A DNA stretch of 64,000 nucleotides from an uncultured Haliea sp. (lineage in GTDB: Bacteria > Pseudomonadota > Gammaproteobacteria > Pseudomonadales > Halieaceae). Position 1 is the first letter of the stretch, and each line of letters starts with the position of its first letter. The notes below the pieces were generated by a model. The model was not told the origin of the DNA. It worked only from the letters and a program-made list of their open reading frames with translations, and did not search any database. Positions 33,264 through 43,300 of the stretch are shown one piece after another. The stretch is taken from the NCBI GenBank assembly GCA_913062625.1, contig CAJXWP010000003.1, positions 5,640 to 69,639 of the forward strand. The letters run 5' to 3'. The position numbers and the translations under genes are program-made.

Positions 33264-33509
33264 TCAACTCTGACAATGCGCTTCGAACTGTTCAAGCGTA
33301 TTGTCAAAACCCTCTTTCTTGGCTAGCTCCCAAGGTCGTTCACATTGATTAGATCGCTCGCACCATGAGTAACCCGCCGAACCGATACAGCCGTGTATAT
33401 CTCTATCTGAACCGGGCAAATTGCCGTTGTCAGAGTTGCCAGTGCTATTTAAGGAACAACCGGTGAGAAAAGCCACTAAAACAATGTACAGTACATATAA
33501 TTTCTTCAT
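33264..33509 (-). CDS. Small Cys-rich lipoprotein
   Basis: Lipobox FLTGC; DRDIHGCIGSAGYSWC...C.RPWE. Confidence 0.8.
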   Translation of the reverse strand: MKKLYVLYIVLVAFLTGCSLNSTGNSDNGNLPGSDRDIHGCIGSAGYSWCERSNQCERPWELAKKEGFDNTLEQFEAHCQS

Positions 33510-33935
33510 TAAGAGTGCCTCTTGCCAACCATGCATCTAACATTCAACCCTGCCACACCTAGCATGCGACTTGCTAAATATACCATTGAGCACACAAGGT
33601 TTCATATTTGAGGCTCGAAAACCACCATGAATGATACTTTTTTGTCGGCATTGTCCATGAGCTACGGTTACCATCGATTCAACCTCTCAGTGGCAAGAAT
33701 GTGTCGCCAAAGGGTCGGCATGGAGCTAAGCAGACAAGCGCACTGTACAATAGTCGCTGGTCTAGACATGACATCAGCAGAACGCCATTGCCGAATATCG
33801 AATAACATGGCAAAGCGATAGACTAGCTCTTACAATTAACACGACAGCACATCATAGAGCGATGCGCGGCAGGCACGATGAGGCCTACCCACAGAGAGGG
33901 TAGAAAGACCACCGTACAAACAAGAGGGAAGCCTG

Positions 33936-34322
33936 ATGTTCCGATGCGTGAGAATATGGACTGGCGATGATGACAGCTCCTTTTTCGAGGAGGGGCTGAT
34001 AGCGCTCAGTCCCGTGCCTGGCGGCGATTTTTTCAGCGACGAGTTGTCGGTGACGACCACGTCTTTTCGTGAGACGAGGCCCGGCGGCAAGCTGGCATGG
34101 CACACAGCGCCGGTGCGGCAGCTAGTCGTGACGCTGAGCGGGACCTTAGAGTTCGAGACGAGAGAAGGACAGCACTTTCAACTCGCGACCGGCGATGTGC
34201 TCCTGGCGGAGGACACCGTCGGTAGCGGACATTCCTGGAGGATCATCGATGACCAACCCTGGCGCCGCGTCTATATTGTGTTGGCACCAGATGCTTATGT
34301 CCCTTTCAAGTCTTTGAAATAA
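33936..34322 (+). CDS. Cupin-like protein
   Basis: WHTAPVRQLVVTLSG...GDVLLAEDTVGSGH. Confidence 0.82.
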   Translation: MFRCVRIWTGDDDSSFFEEGLIALSPVPGGDFFSDELSVTTTSFRETRPGGKLAWHTAPVRQLVVTLSGTLEFETREGQHFQLATGDVLLAEDTVGSGHSWRIIDDQPWRRVYIVLAPDAYVPFKSLK

Positions 34323-34373
34323 ATATTTAAATTTTTTACAATCTGCGCAGTACGACATAGGAAGGAGAAAGTA

Positions 34374-35870
34374 ATGAGCGAAGCCGCGACTGAAGAAGAG
34401 ATCGATGTGGCATTAGTCGGCGCAGGCATCATGAGCACCACGCTCGCGGCCTTTTTAAAAGAATTGCAGCCTCATTTGAAGCTTGAGATTCTAGAACAAC
34501 TGCCCGGAGAGGCTCAAGAAAGTTCGGGAGCCTGGAACAATGCCGGTACAGGACATGCGGCGAACTGCGAACTGAATTACACACCAATGAGCGCAGATGG
34601 CAGCATCGACATTGCGAGGGCGCTTGACGTTAACGTCGAATTCGATATGTCGCTGCAGTTCTGGTCCTATCTGGTCAAGAAGGGTGCAATACCCTGCCCC
34701 GACGAATTCATCCAGCCGGTGCCACATATGAGCTTCGTTATCGGTGAAGACAACCAAGCCTTTCTCAAGAAACGTCATGCCGCGATGAGTAGCCATCATT
34801 GTTACCACGGTCAGGAGTATTCCGAAGATCACGCAAAGATCGCGGAATGGACACCCCTGATTATGGAAGGACGCGACCCGCGCCAGCAGGTGGCGGCAAC
34901 TCGCACCATAACCGGTACCGACGTCAACTATGGCGCGCTCACGTCCAGCCTGTTGACCTATCTCCGGAAGCAGGATGATTTTAGTGTCCGCTTCTCTCAG
35001 TCAGTGGTCGACCTAGAACGTCGAGCAGGTGGAGGGTGGAGACTCTTTGTAAAGGATGAGATAACCGGCGCGCGACGTATCGTGAACGCGAAATACGTAT
35101 TCCTCGGAGCGGGGGGAGGCGCACTCCCGCTGTTGCAGAAATCTGGCATCCCGGAATCTAAAGGTTATGCTGGCTTCCCAGTGAGCGGACTTTGGCTGCG
35201 CTGCGGCAAACCGGAAGTGGCCGAGCGCCACAGCGCCAAGGTCTACGGCATGGCGGCCAAGGGCTCTCCTCCGATGTCGGTACCCCATCTCGATACCCGC
35301 ATCATAGACAACAAGCGCTGGTTGCTGTTCGGACCCTACGCAGGTTTTTCGACCCGATTCCTCAAAAATGGCTCTCTCTTCGATCTGCCAAAGTCAGTGA
35401 GGTTGGATAATATTCTGCCGCTCCTGGCGGTAGCGCGCGACAATTTCCCGCTAGAGGAGTACTTAATCGGACAGGTTCTGCAAAGCGCCTCGCACCGCTA
35501 CGACTCACTACGTGAATTCTACCCTGAAACAAATGTTGCAGACTGGGAAGTTGTGGTCGCTGGCCAACGCGTGCAAATCATTCGAAAAGATAAGGCGCAT
35601 ACCGGGAAACTCGAGTTCGGCACCGAAATCGTGCATTCCGCTGACTCTTCGATAGTCGCGGTATTAGGCGCATCACCGGGAGCTTCGACTGCGGTCTCGA
35701 TTATGGTCCACATGCTCGAGAACTGCTTTCATGAGCAACTCGTCGGCCACTGGGCGCCCAAACTAAAAGAAATGATCCCTTCCTATGGTCACGACCTAAA
35801 GACAGATGCCGCGCTATCTGCGCGCCTGCGCGCCGATAGCGCGGAGACCCTTAACCTGAGCAGGCACTAG
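34374..35870 (+). CDS. mqo: Malate:quinone oxidoreductase
   Basis: GAGIMSTTL, WNNAGTGHAANCELNYT, PPMSVPHLD, LGASPGAST. Confidence 0.95.
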   Translation: MSEAATEEEIDVALVGAGIMSTTLAAFLKELQPHLKLEILEQLPGEAQESSGAWNNAGTGHAANCELNYTPMSADGSIDIARALDVNVEFDMSLQFWSYLVKKGAIPCPDEFIQPVPHMSFVIGEDNQAFLKKRHAAMSSHHCYHGQEYSEDHAKIAEWTPLIMEGRDPRQQVAATRTITGTDVNYGALTSSLLTYLRKQDDFSVRFSQSVVDLERRAGGGWRLFVKDEITGARRIVNAKYVFLGAGGGALPLLQKSGIPESKGYAGFPVSGLWLRCGKPEVAERHSAKVYGMAAKGSPPMSVPHLDTRIIDNKRWLLFGPYAGFSTRFLKNGSLFDLPKSVRLDNILPLLAVARDNFPLEEYLIGQVLQSASHRYDSLREFYPETNVADWEVVVAGQRVQIIRKDKAHTGKLEFGTEIVHSADSSIVAVLGASPGASTAVSIMVHMLENCFHEQLVGHWAPKLKEMIPSYGHDLKTDAALSARLRADSAETLNLSRH

Positions 35871-36039
35871 CAATCTGCGTGCCCACGGTTCAATAATAAA
35901 GGGAATACAATATTCAAAAAATACCGACAAAGGCTAACAGTAGAAAAATTCTCCAAGGAGACATAAAGAATACCAAGAAAGAATGCTCCTGACGCTACCT
36001 TGAATTATAGACTGCGCATCATTGCCCCGCGTGGGCCAG

Positions 36040-36440
36040 TCACCCCCTTTGAAACCACTGGTACCAAAGGCTTTCAGCGGCTCTGTACCCTACAATGTAC
36101 CCTGAAGTAGCCAAATGTAACCTTAGGGCAACCATAAGACAGTGGACAGGGTGGGCTAGAAATACTACGGAGAGAATAGTGTCAGGTTCCCTAGATTATC
36201 TGGCTCCCTTAGTTGCCTCTGATTCCCAAGGTCTAGGGCTGCTGCCGAGTGCCCGTGTTACTCCGCGCCCTAGGTCAAAGGCCTGTTTATCTCGGCCCGT
36301 TTGAGGTGCCTTAGTATCCCAAGGGATTAAGGGCGCCGGGGGCGGGGCGGCGGACGCGCAATGTTTAGGGTAGCCCCAAGGTTTACTAGATGGTAAATTT
36401 CAGCAAACCAGCAAGCAAAACGGCTCTAGGAAAAGCCTAG
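36040..36440. mobile_element. Possible remnant end of an integrative element/phage (no integrase in the window)
   Basis: TGTACCC direct repeats at 12-bp period (36084, 36096), about a dozen CCTAG/CCTTAG/CCAAGG-type motifs and a G-tract; non-coding. Confidence 0.35.
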
Positions 36441-36597
36441 CTCGTCTCTGTGCGTTCGACAGTTCAGCAATGGACGGATGTAAATTTTCGATGACTGAGG
36501 CCGATAGGACTTCATAGTGATCAACCGGCTGCCCGCGATCTGTTCAGACCTTGTGGCTCGTATCCATAAGAAGACCTACTCACGATAGCCCTTTTAT

Positions 36598-37410
36598 TTG
36601 TCCTATACTTCTTTCAGAATTGTAATTTCAATCACCGGTAAAGAACTCTTGACTAAATATGTATATAACGACGATGAATCGATGATGCCCACGCTGTCAG
36701 CCATGCTGACTAGCCGCATGGGCGATGGCACCGGCAAACACGAAGCAGCCTATCTGAATACCATTGAGCTGTTAATAAATGCCTTTCGTGCTGGATCAAT
36801 GATCGACATTGGCTGTGGCATGGGTCGAATCACCCAGCTTGGCGCAGGCAAAATTGTCGAGCTGGTAGCCCTTGAGCCTGACGCGGCGAGATGCAATTGG
36901 ACGCGAGAACTAGTACTCGACATTCCAGGAGTGTCTGTCCTTGAATTAGCCACTAGTGACTTTATTGCGCAGAACCCGGACAAGACGTTTGATCTGTCGG
37001 TGTTGGGCATGGTGCTACAGCATATGCCTACAAACTATTGCCCAGGTTTAATGGAAGATGTTGCAACGCTTACTCGGCCTGGTGGTCTCGCTATCATTTC
37101 GACAACTCACGCGCTGGAGAAGGCAAAATGCTTTACCTACCAGGATGTGTCTGACGCGCGCGTAAGTGAGGAAGAGTTTAACGCCTACGCCTCAAAGACC
37201 GATGCACAAGACAAGGGCCTTCCTGTGCACCGCTTTTCACGCACCGAGTTGGAGGCACTGGTTCCCGACAGTTTCGAAATCGCACAGTGGACACAATATT
37301 CGTACTTTCGCCCAGAATTCCTCCAGCGATTTGCCAATGTGCATCAGGTTGAACCGGAGGAAATTGCGAACGTGGGCAATAGCCAGTTTCTGGTGTTGAG
37401 AAAAAAATAG
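36598..37410 (+). CDS. Class I SAM-dependent methyltransferase (start uncertain; TTG ~36649 possible)
   Basis: IDIGCGMGR motif I, VALEPD, LGMVLQH. Confidence 0.82.
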   Translation: MSYTSFRIVISITGKELLTKYVYNDDESMMPTLSAMLTSRMGDGTGKHEAAYLNTIELLINAFRAGSMIDIGCGMGRITQLGAGKIVELVALEPDAARCNWTRELVLDIPGVSVLELATSDFIAQNPDKTFDLSVLGMVLQHMPTNYCPGLMEDVATLTRPGGLAIISTTHALEKAKCFTYQDVSDARVSEEEFNAYASKTDAQDKGLPVHRFSRTELEALVPDSFEIAQWTQYSYFRPEFLQRFANVHQVEPEEIANVGNSQFLVLRKK

Positions 37411-37679
37411 CCAGGTGTGATATGCCACGCCATATACCGGCCCTGCTAAACAAATCCTGCTGAATTAGCCGCTCACTGTAAGTCGTCAGACCTTATGGAG
37501 CCAGTTGGCACTTCTTCTCAAAGACACTTTTCTGCCAGTCACTTCTCTACTCTAGCCTGCTCCCTGGAGCGATATAGAACACTCTCAACAGCCCCCGAGA
37601 TTTCTAAATCATTCATGTTCTTTTCAAAAGTTGCCTTCGCCTGCTCTTTAAATAGAAGCGATAGGCTCTGGGGGAGCCA

Positions 37680-38255
37680 TTATTTTGCGTCTGCTCGACT
37701 CAAAAACTTACGCTCTTCTACACTCACCTTTATGCTATCGCCGACAGAAATGTGTTCAGGCACCTGCACCGTTAACCCTGTCGATAGTAGTGCTGGCTTC
37801 GTTCTTGACGTTGCAGAGCCACCCTTGATTGATGGGTCAGTCTCAACCACTTCAAGCTCAACGTTAGAGGGCAAATCAAGCGCCACTGGGACATCGTTAA
37901 CCATAATGACATGGACGCCATTTGTTGACTCGTTAATAAAGAGAGCTTGATCGGCAATCGACTCTTTATTCAGACTGTATGGCGTATAGTCTCCAGTATC
38001 CATAAAGATATATTCATTGCCGTCAATGTAGGACAACATGACGGGTTTTCGTATAAGGTCTGCAAAGTTCAAAATATCTGAATCTTTAAACGTCTCATCA
38101 ATTTTGTTTTCAGTAACCACATCATACATACGCATACGGTAGATGCTGCCCCCTGCACGACCTTGCGGAACCGAACGCTCAATATCGCTGACCATATAGG
38201 TTTTACCGTTATAGTCGACGGCGGCACCTTTCTTGATTTCACTTGCCTTTGGCAT
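37680..38255 (-). CDS. efpL: EF-P-like protein EfpL (YeiP type)
   Basis: [41 protein letters not shown]; loop VPQGRAGG rather than KPGKG. Confidence 0.82.
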   Translation of the reverse strand: MPKASEIKKGAAVDYNGKTYMVSDIERSVPQGRAGGSIYRMRMYDVVTENKIDETFKDSDILNFADLIRKPVMLSYIDGNEYIFMDTGDYTPYSLNKESIADQALFINESTNGVHVIMVNDVPVALDLPSNVELEVVETDPSIKGGSATSRTKPALLSTGLTVQVPEHISVGDSIKVSVEERKFLSRADAK

Positions 38256-38319
38256 TTTCTCTCGTCCTAGTTTATGAAAACGTTAAAAATTCTATGCGCT
38301 TTCTAAAGTGCGTATTCCC

Positions 38320-39549
38320 TTAAGATCCTGCCTCTGCAATGCGGTCTTGCACACTCGTCAGCTGCGCTCGATCCGCACGTTGTTTCTCGACCGAGACCTC
38401 TTTGAGCACGTCACCCTCCATAGGCGCCTGCCGAAAGCCCGTGTAAACAACCTTCCGCGGGCGCGCGGTGGGCGGATAGGCGCGATGAAGCGTATCACTG
38501 CAATGCACCGTTAAGTCGCCCGTTTGCGTGGCCAACTTTATCACCGGTAAATCGAGACTGTCGTCTTTACCCGCGGTCTGAACATTGGCGCGATGGGAGC
38601 CCGGGACAACGCCGAGCGCACCGCTGCTTTCGTCCGCGCCGGTAACGGAGATGCCGATCGAGAGGCCGTTACAGTAGTAGGAGTGTTGTCCTTGCCCACA
38701 GTCCTTATGCCAGGGGAGATCCGAAAGACCGCTTTTAATGTCGAGTGGCTTGATCAGTCCCTCGGCGCCCAGCCAGCCAGCGCCCTTAGTATTACCACAG
38801 AGATCGTCTCCTGTGATATTAGAGAGCCACGATAGCCGATCGTCCTGAAGTAGGCCGCGCAACGCGGCGGATTGTTCTTGAAAAAATAGTACACGCACCG
38901 CCTGCTGCAGACCTTTCGAATCTCCCGCCCACCATGATGCTCCGTCGTCGGGACGCGCGCGCTCAAGGGCAACGTCGAGGTCGGCCGATACGGCGGCCAT
39001 CTCAGCTTCTGTGAAGACACCACGCAGATGTAAAAAACCAGCTTGGTGGAGAAAATGGGAGATCTCATCCCGGTCATCGTCACGTCCAAACGATCGACTG
39101 AGATCTAGGTCACGTCCGTCTCTATCGCTCAGCGTGATGGCGCCAGCTTCATGAACAGCGCGGCCGTCAAATAGTGCACGGAGCACCGGCTCCCAGCCAA
39201 TCCAATGCTCAAAACTGCCCTGAGTCATTTTAACGCGCGATTTCATCGCCAGTCCCATTGTTGTCGTCCAGTCCTGAACAAGATCCGAAAGACCATCGCA
39301 GTCAAGTTTTGCAGTCGCGCTGTCGGATGCATGGCCCGCTTCGATGCGCAGCGCGCCGCGCCGTTCACATAAAGTGACGGTGCGATCACCGACGCTAAGC
39401 GTGAGGGCTGGCAGATTTTTGTAGCGCAAGCCTCGAGCGGCGAGCTCGGCATTACGAGACAACGCTTCTGGAATCAGCAAGTCGAAGATTGCGTCTCGAT
39501 CACGTGGTTCTCGATCACGGTGGCGACGGGTGCGGCAATCGATAGACAT
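38320..39549 (-). CDS. Phytanoyl-CoA dioxygenase family protein with SCP2-like N-terminus
   Basis: WHKD (HxD), VVPGSH, GDLTVH...TLHRA. Confidence 0.82.
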   Translation of the reverse strand: MSIDCRTRRHRDREPRDRDAIFDLLIPEALSRNAELAARGLRYKNLPALTLSVGDRTVTLCERRGALRIEAGHASDSATAKLDCDGLSDLVQDWTTTMGLAMKSRVKMTQGSFEHWIGWEPVLRALFDGRAVHEAGAITLSDRDGRDLDLSRSFGRDDDRDEISHFLHQAGFLHLRGVFTEAEMAAVSADLDVALERARPDDGASWWAGDSKGLQQAVRVLFFQEQSAALRGLLQDDRLSWLSNITGDDLCGNTKGAGWLGAEGLIKPLDIKSGLSDLPWHKDCGQGQHSYYCNGLSIGISVTGADESSGALGVVPGSHRANVQTAGKDDSLDLPVIKLATQTGDLTVHCSDTLHRAYPPTARPRKVVYTGFRQAPMEGDVLKEVSVEKQRADRAQLTSVQDRIAEAGS

Positions 39550-39695
39550 TAAGTGACTCCTTATTTGCTCTACTAGGACACCACCAGAGGTGTCACTAGA
39601 GGGTACCTGCGCTGTTGCCGGATATTGTCAACAGTGTGTAATGCCTAAGTGGCCCTATCAGCCTGGCAATATTGGCGGGCATTTCTATACATCGC

Positions 39696-40046
39696 TTATA
39701 ACTTTACCCCAAAATAATTTAATACCGCCAGCATTAATAAGTAACACAAAGAGGTGAGACCGATTGATATTGCTATGGCCCAGTAAAAATGGAACTCAAG
39801 TTTCAGTAAAACCGGCAATGCCAAGAACAGTATTAACGAGGGTAAAACTAACCAAAAAATGCTAGATGACAGGTTGCTCACTTTTGTTGAGTCACCCGTA
39901 TCGATGTATAGCCAGAACATCGCCAACACCGAAACAAGCGGAATAGAGGCCAAGACGGCACCGATAAGAGAGTTTCTCTTGGAAATCTCTGAAATCGCCA
40001 CGATAAGAATGGTGGTAATCGCAATTTTTATGACGTAATAAATCAA
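39696..40046 (-). CDS. DUF3147 family membrane protein
   Basis: KIAITTILIVAISEISKR...LASIPLVS...FWLVLPSL; TTG 40046 follows GGAGG. Confidence 0.82.
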   Translation of the reverse strand: MIYYVIKIAITTILIVAISEISKRNSLIGAVLASIPLVSVLAMFWLYIDTGDSTKVSNLSSSIFWLVLPSLILFLALPVLLKLEFHFYWAIAISIGLTSLCYLLMLAVLNYFGVKL

Positions 40047-40282
40047 TTCATAGCCTCCACAGCTAAAACGCATAACGCCTACTCTGCCAACGGTCTGGGC
40101 GTCCCACGAGGTCCCGAAGTGTTTGAGTATAGGTGAGCCCCTTTTCTCATGCAAAACGGCCACCGGATTGTTTTTTTAGTGCCCGGCAATGCGTGTCTAT
40201 CTCGCATAATGGGAGATTTACGTGTGGCGCACAATTCACCATCAGATCAAAATTAATTCAATCTATTTGACAGAACCAATAA

Positions 40283-40302
40283 TACTGTATATTTATACAG
40301 TA
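40283..40302. promoter_or_regulatory. LexA box and overlapping sigma70-like promoter of dnaE2
   Basis: TACTGTATATTTATACAGTA, TTGACA at 40267-40272, ATG at 40305. Confidence 0.9.
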
Positions 40303-40304
40303 CT

Positions 40305-43300
40305 ATGTCAAGCTACGCCGAACTTCACTGCCTTAGCTGTTACAGCTTCCTTCGCAGTGCCTCTCATCCCCACGAATTGGTGGAGCGCGCCGCCGTACTC
40401 GGCTATCGCGCACTAGCAATCACGGACGAGTGTTCCTTTGCAGGGATAGTCAAAGCCCATGTGGCCGCGAAAGAAGCCGGTATCCAGCTCATCATTGGCA
40501 GCGAGCTGATATTGGAGGAAGGCATTCGGCTGGTAGTACTCGTGCCTACTCGGGATGCCTACAGCGAATTGTCCGGTCTGATCAGCATGGCTCGCCGGCG
40601 CAGCCCCAAGGGAGAATACCGCGTTACCCTGCGCGACGTAATATTCCACCTCAAACGCTGCCTTCTGATCTGGCTGCCTCAAGTGAATGACGAAAACAGT
40701 CGCGCCTATGGCCTGCAACTGAAGCGACTGTGCAAAGGTCGTCTGTGGCTTGGCGTCAATCATCTACTGGGTAACAATGAAGTACAGCGCTACCTCACAC
40801 TACAGCAGCTGGCCCAAGCATTGGATATCCCGATGCTAGCCTGCGGCGATGTGCGCATGCATACCGCCAAGCGTAAACCTCTGCATGATGTGTTTACCGC
40901 CCTATATCACGGCACCAGCATCGCTCAGTTGGGCCGACGACGCCTTGGTAATAGCCAGCAACACCTTCGCACTATCGACAAATTGCAATGGCTCTATCCC
41001 CCTGAATTACTGGAACAAACTCTACACATCGCCAGCCTCTGCAATTTCAGCCTGGATGAGCTGCGTTATGAATATCCCGAAGAGGTGGTGCCATCGGGTT
41101 ACCACGCTAACCAGTATCTGCGTGAGCTGGTGACGACAGGCTCAGATGCCCGCTGGCCCCGAGGTATCCCTATAAAGATACAGCAGAGCATCGATAAGGA
41201 GCTGGCGCTGATAGAGGAACTGCACTACGAATACTATTTCCTCACGGTATACGACATCGTACGCTTTGCCCGCTCACGCGACATTCTGTGCCAAGGCCGC
41301 GGCTCAGCGGCCAACTCGGTGGTGTGCTACTGCCTATTTATTACGGAGGTATCGCCCGAGCAGATATCTTTACTGTTCGAGCGTTTTATCTCCAAAGAGC
41401 GGGACGAGCCACCAGATATCGACGTGGACTTTGAGCACGAGCGGCGGGAGGAAGTGATTCAGTATATTTATGACAAGTACTCCCGCAAGCGTGCCGCCCT
41501 CGCCGCCACAGTCATCACCTACCGCTCACGCAGCGCGGTACGCGATGTAGGCAAGGCACTGGGGCTGGACCCGGTATTCGTCGACGACCTAGCAAAGTCT
41601 ATGGCGTGGTGGGATCGCTCGGCAGATCTCAACAAACGATTTGAAGAGCAAGGTGTCGCCAGCCACAGCCGGCAGGCAGAGCTGTTTTATTCACTAGTGC
41701 AACAAATCTTGGGCTTTCCTAGGCACCTATCACAGCATGTGGGCGGCTTTGTTATCACCCGTAGCCCTATCTCGACGCTGGTACCCGTGGAGAATGCCAG
41801 CATGGCAGAACGCACTATTATCCAGTGGGACAAGGAGGACATCGAGTCTATGGGACTGCTCAAGGTGGACATTCTAGCCTTAGGCATGTTGTCTGCCATT
41901 CGCAAAAGCCTACAGATGGTGCAGCGCTACTGTCCCACCATCAGAACGGTCAGCGATATCCCCAAAGACGACCAGTCCACTTACCGCATGCTGCAAATTG
42001 CCGATACCATTGGCGTATTTCAGATCGAGTCACGGGCGCAGATGTCCATGCTACCCCGACTCAAACCTGAGTGTTTCTACGATCTGGTCATTCAAGTCGC
42101 CATTGTGCGCCCTGGCCCTATTCAGGGCGATATGGTGCACCCGTATCTACGACGCAAACAGGGGCTGGAGGCTGCTACCTACCCCGACGACGCCATCAAA
42201 GAAGTGCTAGAGCGGACACTCGGCGTACCTATTTTTCAGGAGCAGGTGATCAAACTCGCAATGGTAGCGGCAGGCTTCTCCGGCGGCGAAGCAGACCAGT
42301 TACGCCGCGCCATTACCAGCTGGGGCAGAAACAGCAAGCTGCTAACTTTTGAAGAAAAGCTCACACAAGGCATGATCGAACGCGGCTACAGCGAAGATTT
42401 TTCCCGACGCCTGTTCGAGCAGATCAAGGGCTTCGGGGGCTACGGTTTTCCAGAATCGCACTCCGCCAGCTTTGCACTTCTGGCGTATATTTCCGCATGG
42501 CTCAAGTGCCATCACCCGGCCGCGTTTGTTGCGGGGCTGCTCAACAGTCAGCCTATGGGGTTTTACAGCCCCTCGCAGTTAATTCAGGACGCTCGCCGCC
42601 ACGGCGTCACCGTATTGTCTATCGATGTCAACCATAGCGACTGGGATCATCAGTTGCTAGACAGCCGCTTTGCACAACAGAACCAACCAGCGCTACGACT
42701 GGGCCTGCGCTTGGTCAGGGGCCTAAGCCGGCAAGGCGCGCAGAGAGTAATAGAAGCGCGACAACGCAACCCTTTTCGTCAAATCAGCCATTTGCGTCAG
42801 TGGGCTGCCCTGAACAAACGTGACATGGAAGCACTAGCAGATGCAGATGCTCTACAATCGCTGAGCGGACATCGGCATCAGTCTCAGTGGCAAATCATGG
42901 CACTGGAACAACCCAAACCCTTGTTACGCGATGAACAGTACCAGAACGCTAGTTACTTCGACGATGGCGTGCAATTGCCCGCACCACAGATAGCGGAGGA
43001 AGTCCTCTCAGACTACCGAGCCACCGGTCTCACTTTGCGTGCCCATCCATTGAGTTTGTTACGCGACCGCGCCCCTTTCAACCGCTGCAAGCGCCACACC
43101 GATCTAGCATCCATTGGACATAAACGTTTCGTGCGCATTGCAGGACTAGTCACCTGTCGCCAGCGTCCGGGAACTGCCTCGGGCGTTTTATTTCTTACTC
43201 TAGAAGATGAAACTGGCAACAGCAATATCGTAGTGTGGGAGCGAACACAGCAACACTTTCGCCAAGCGTTGATGAACGGAAAGCTGTTACTGATAAACGG

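Noticed and set aside
30471-33536. Integron cassette array explanation for the small-gene cluster
   Set aside because: No repeated RYYYAAC...GTTRRRY attC structures between the genes and no intI
36010-36038. tRNA or tmRNA 3' fragment ending in CCA
   Set aside because: No T-loop (GTTCRA) or acceptor-stem pairing can be seen
37532-37680. Short minus-strand frame after efpL (EQAKATFEKNMNDLE...)
   Set aside because: Too short, no start signal or recognisable family
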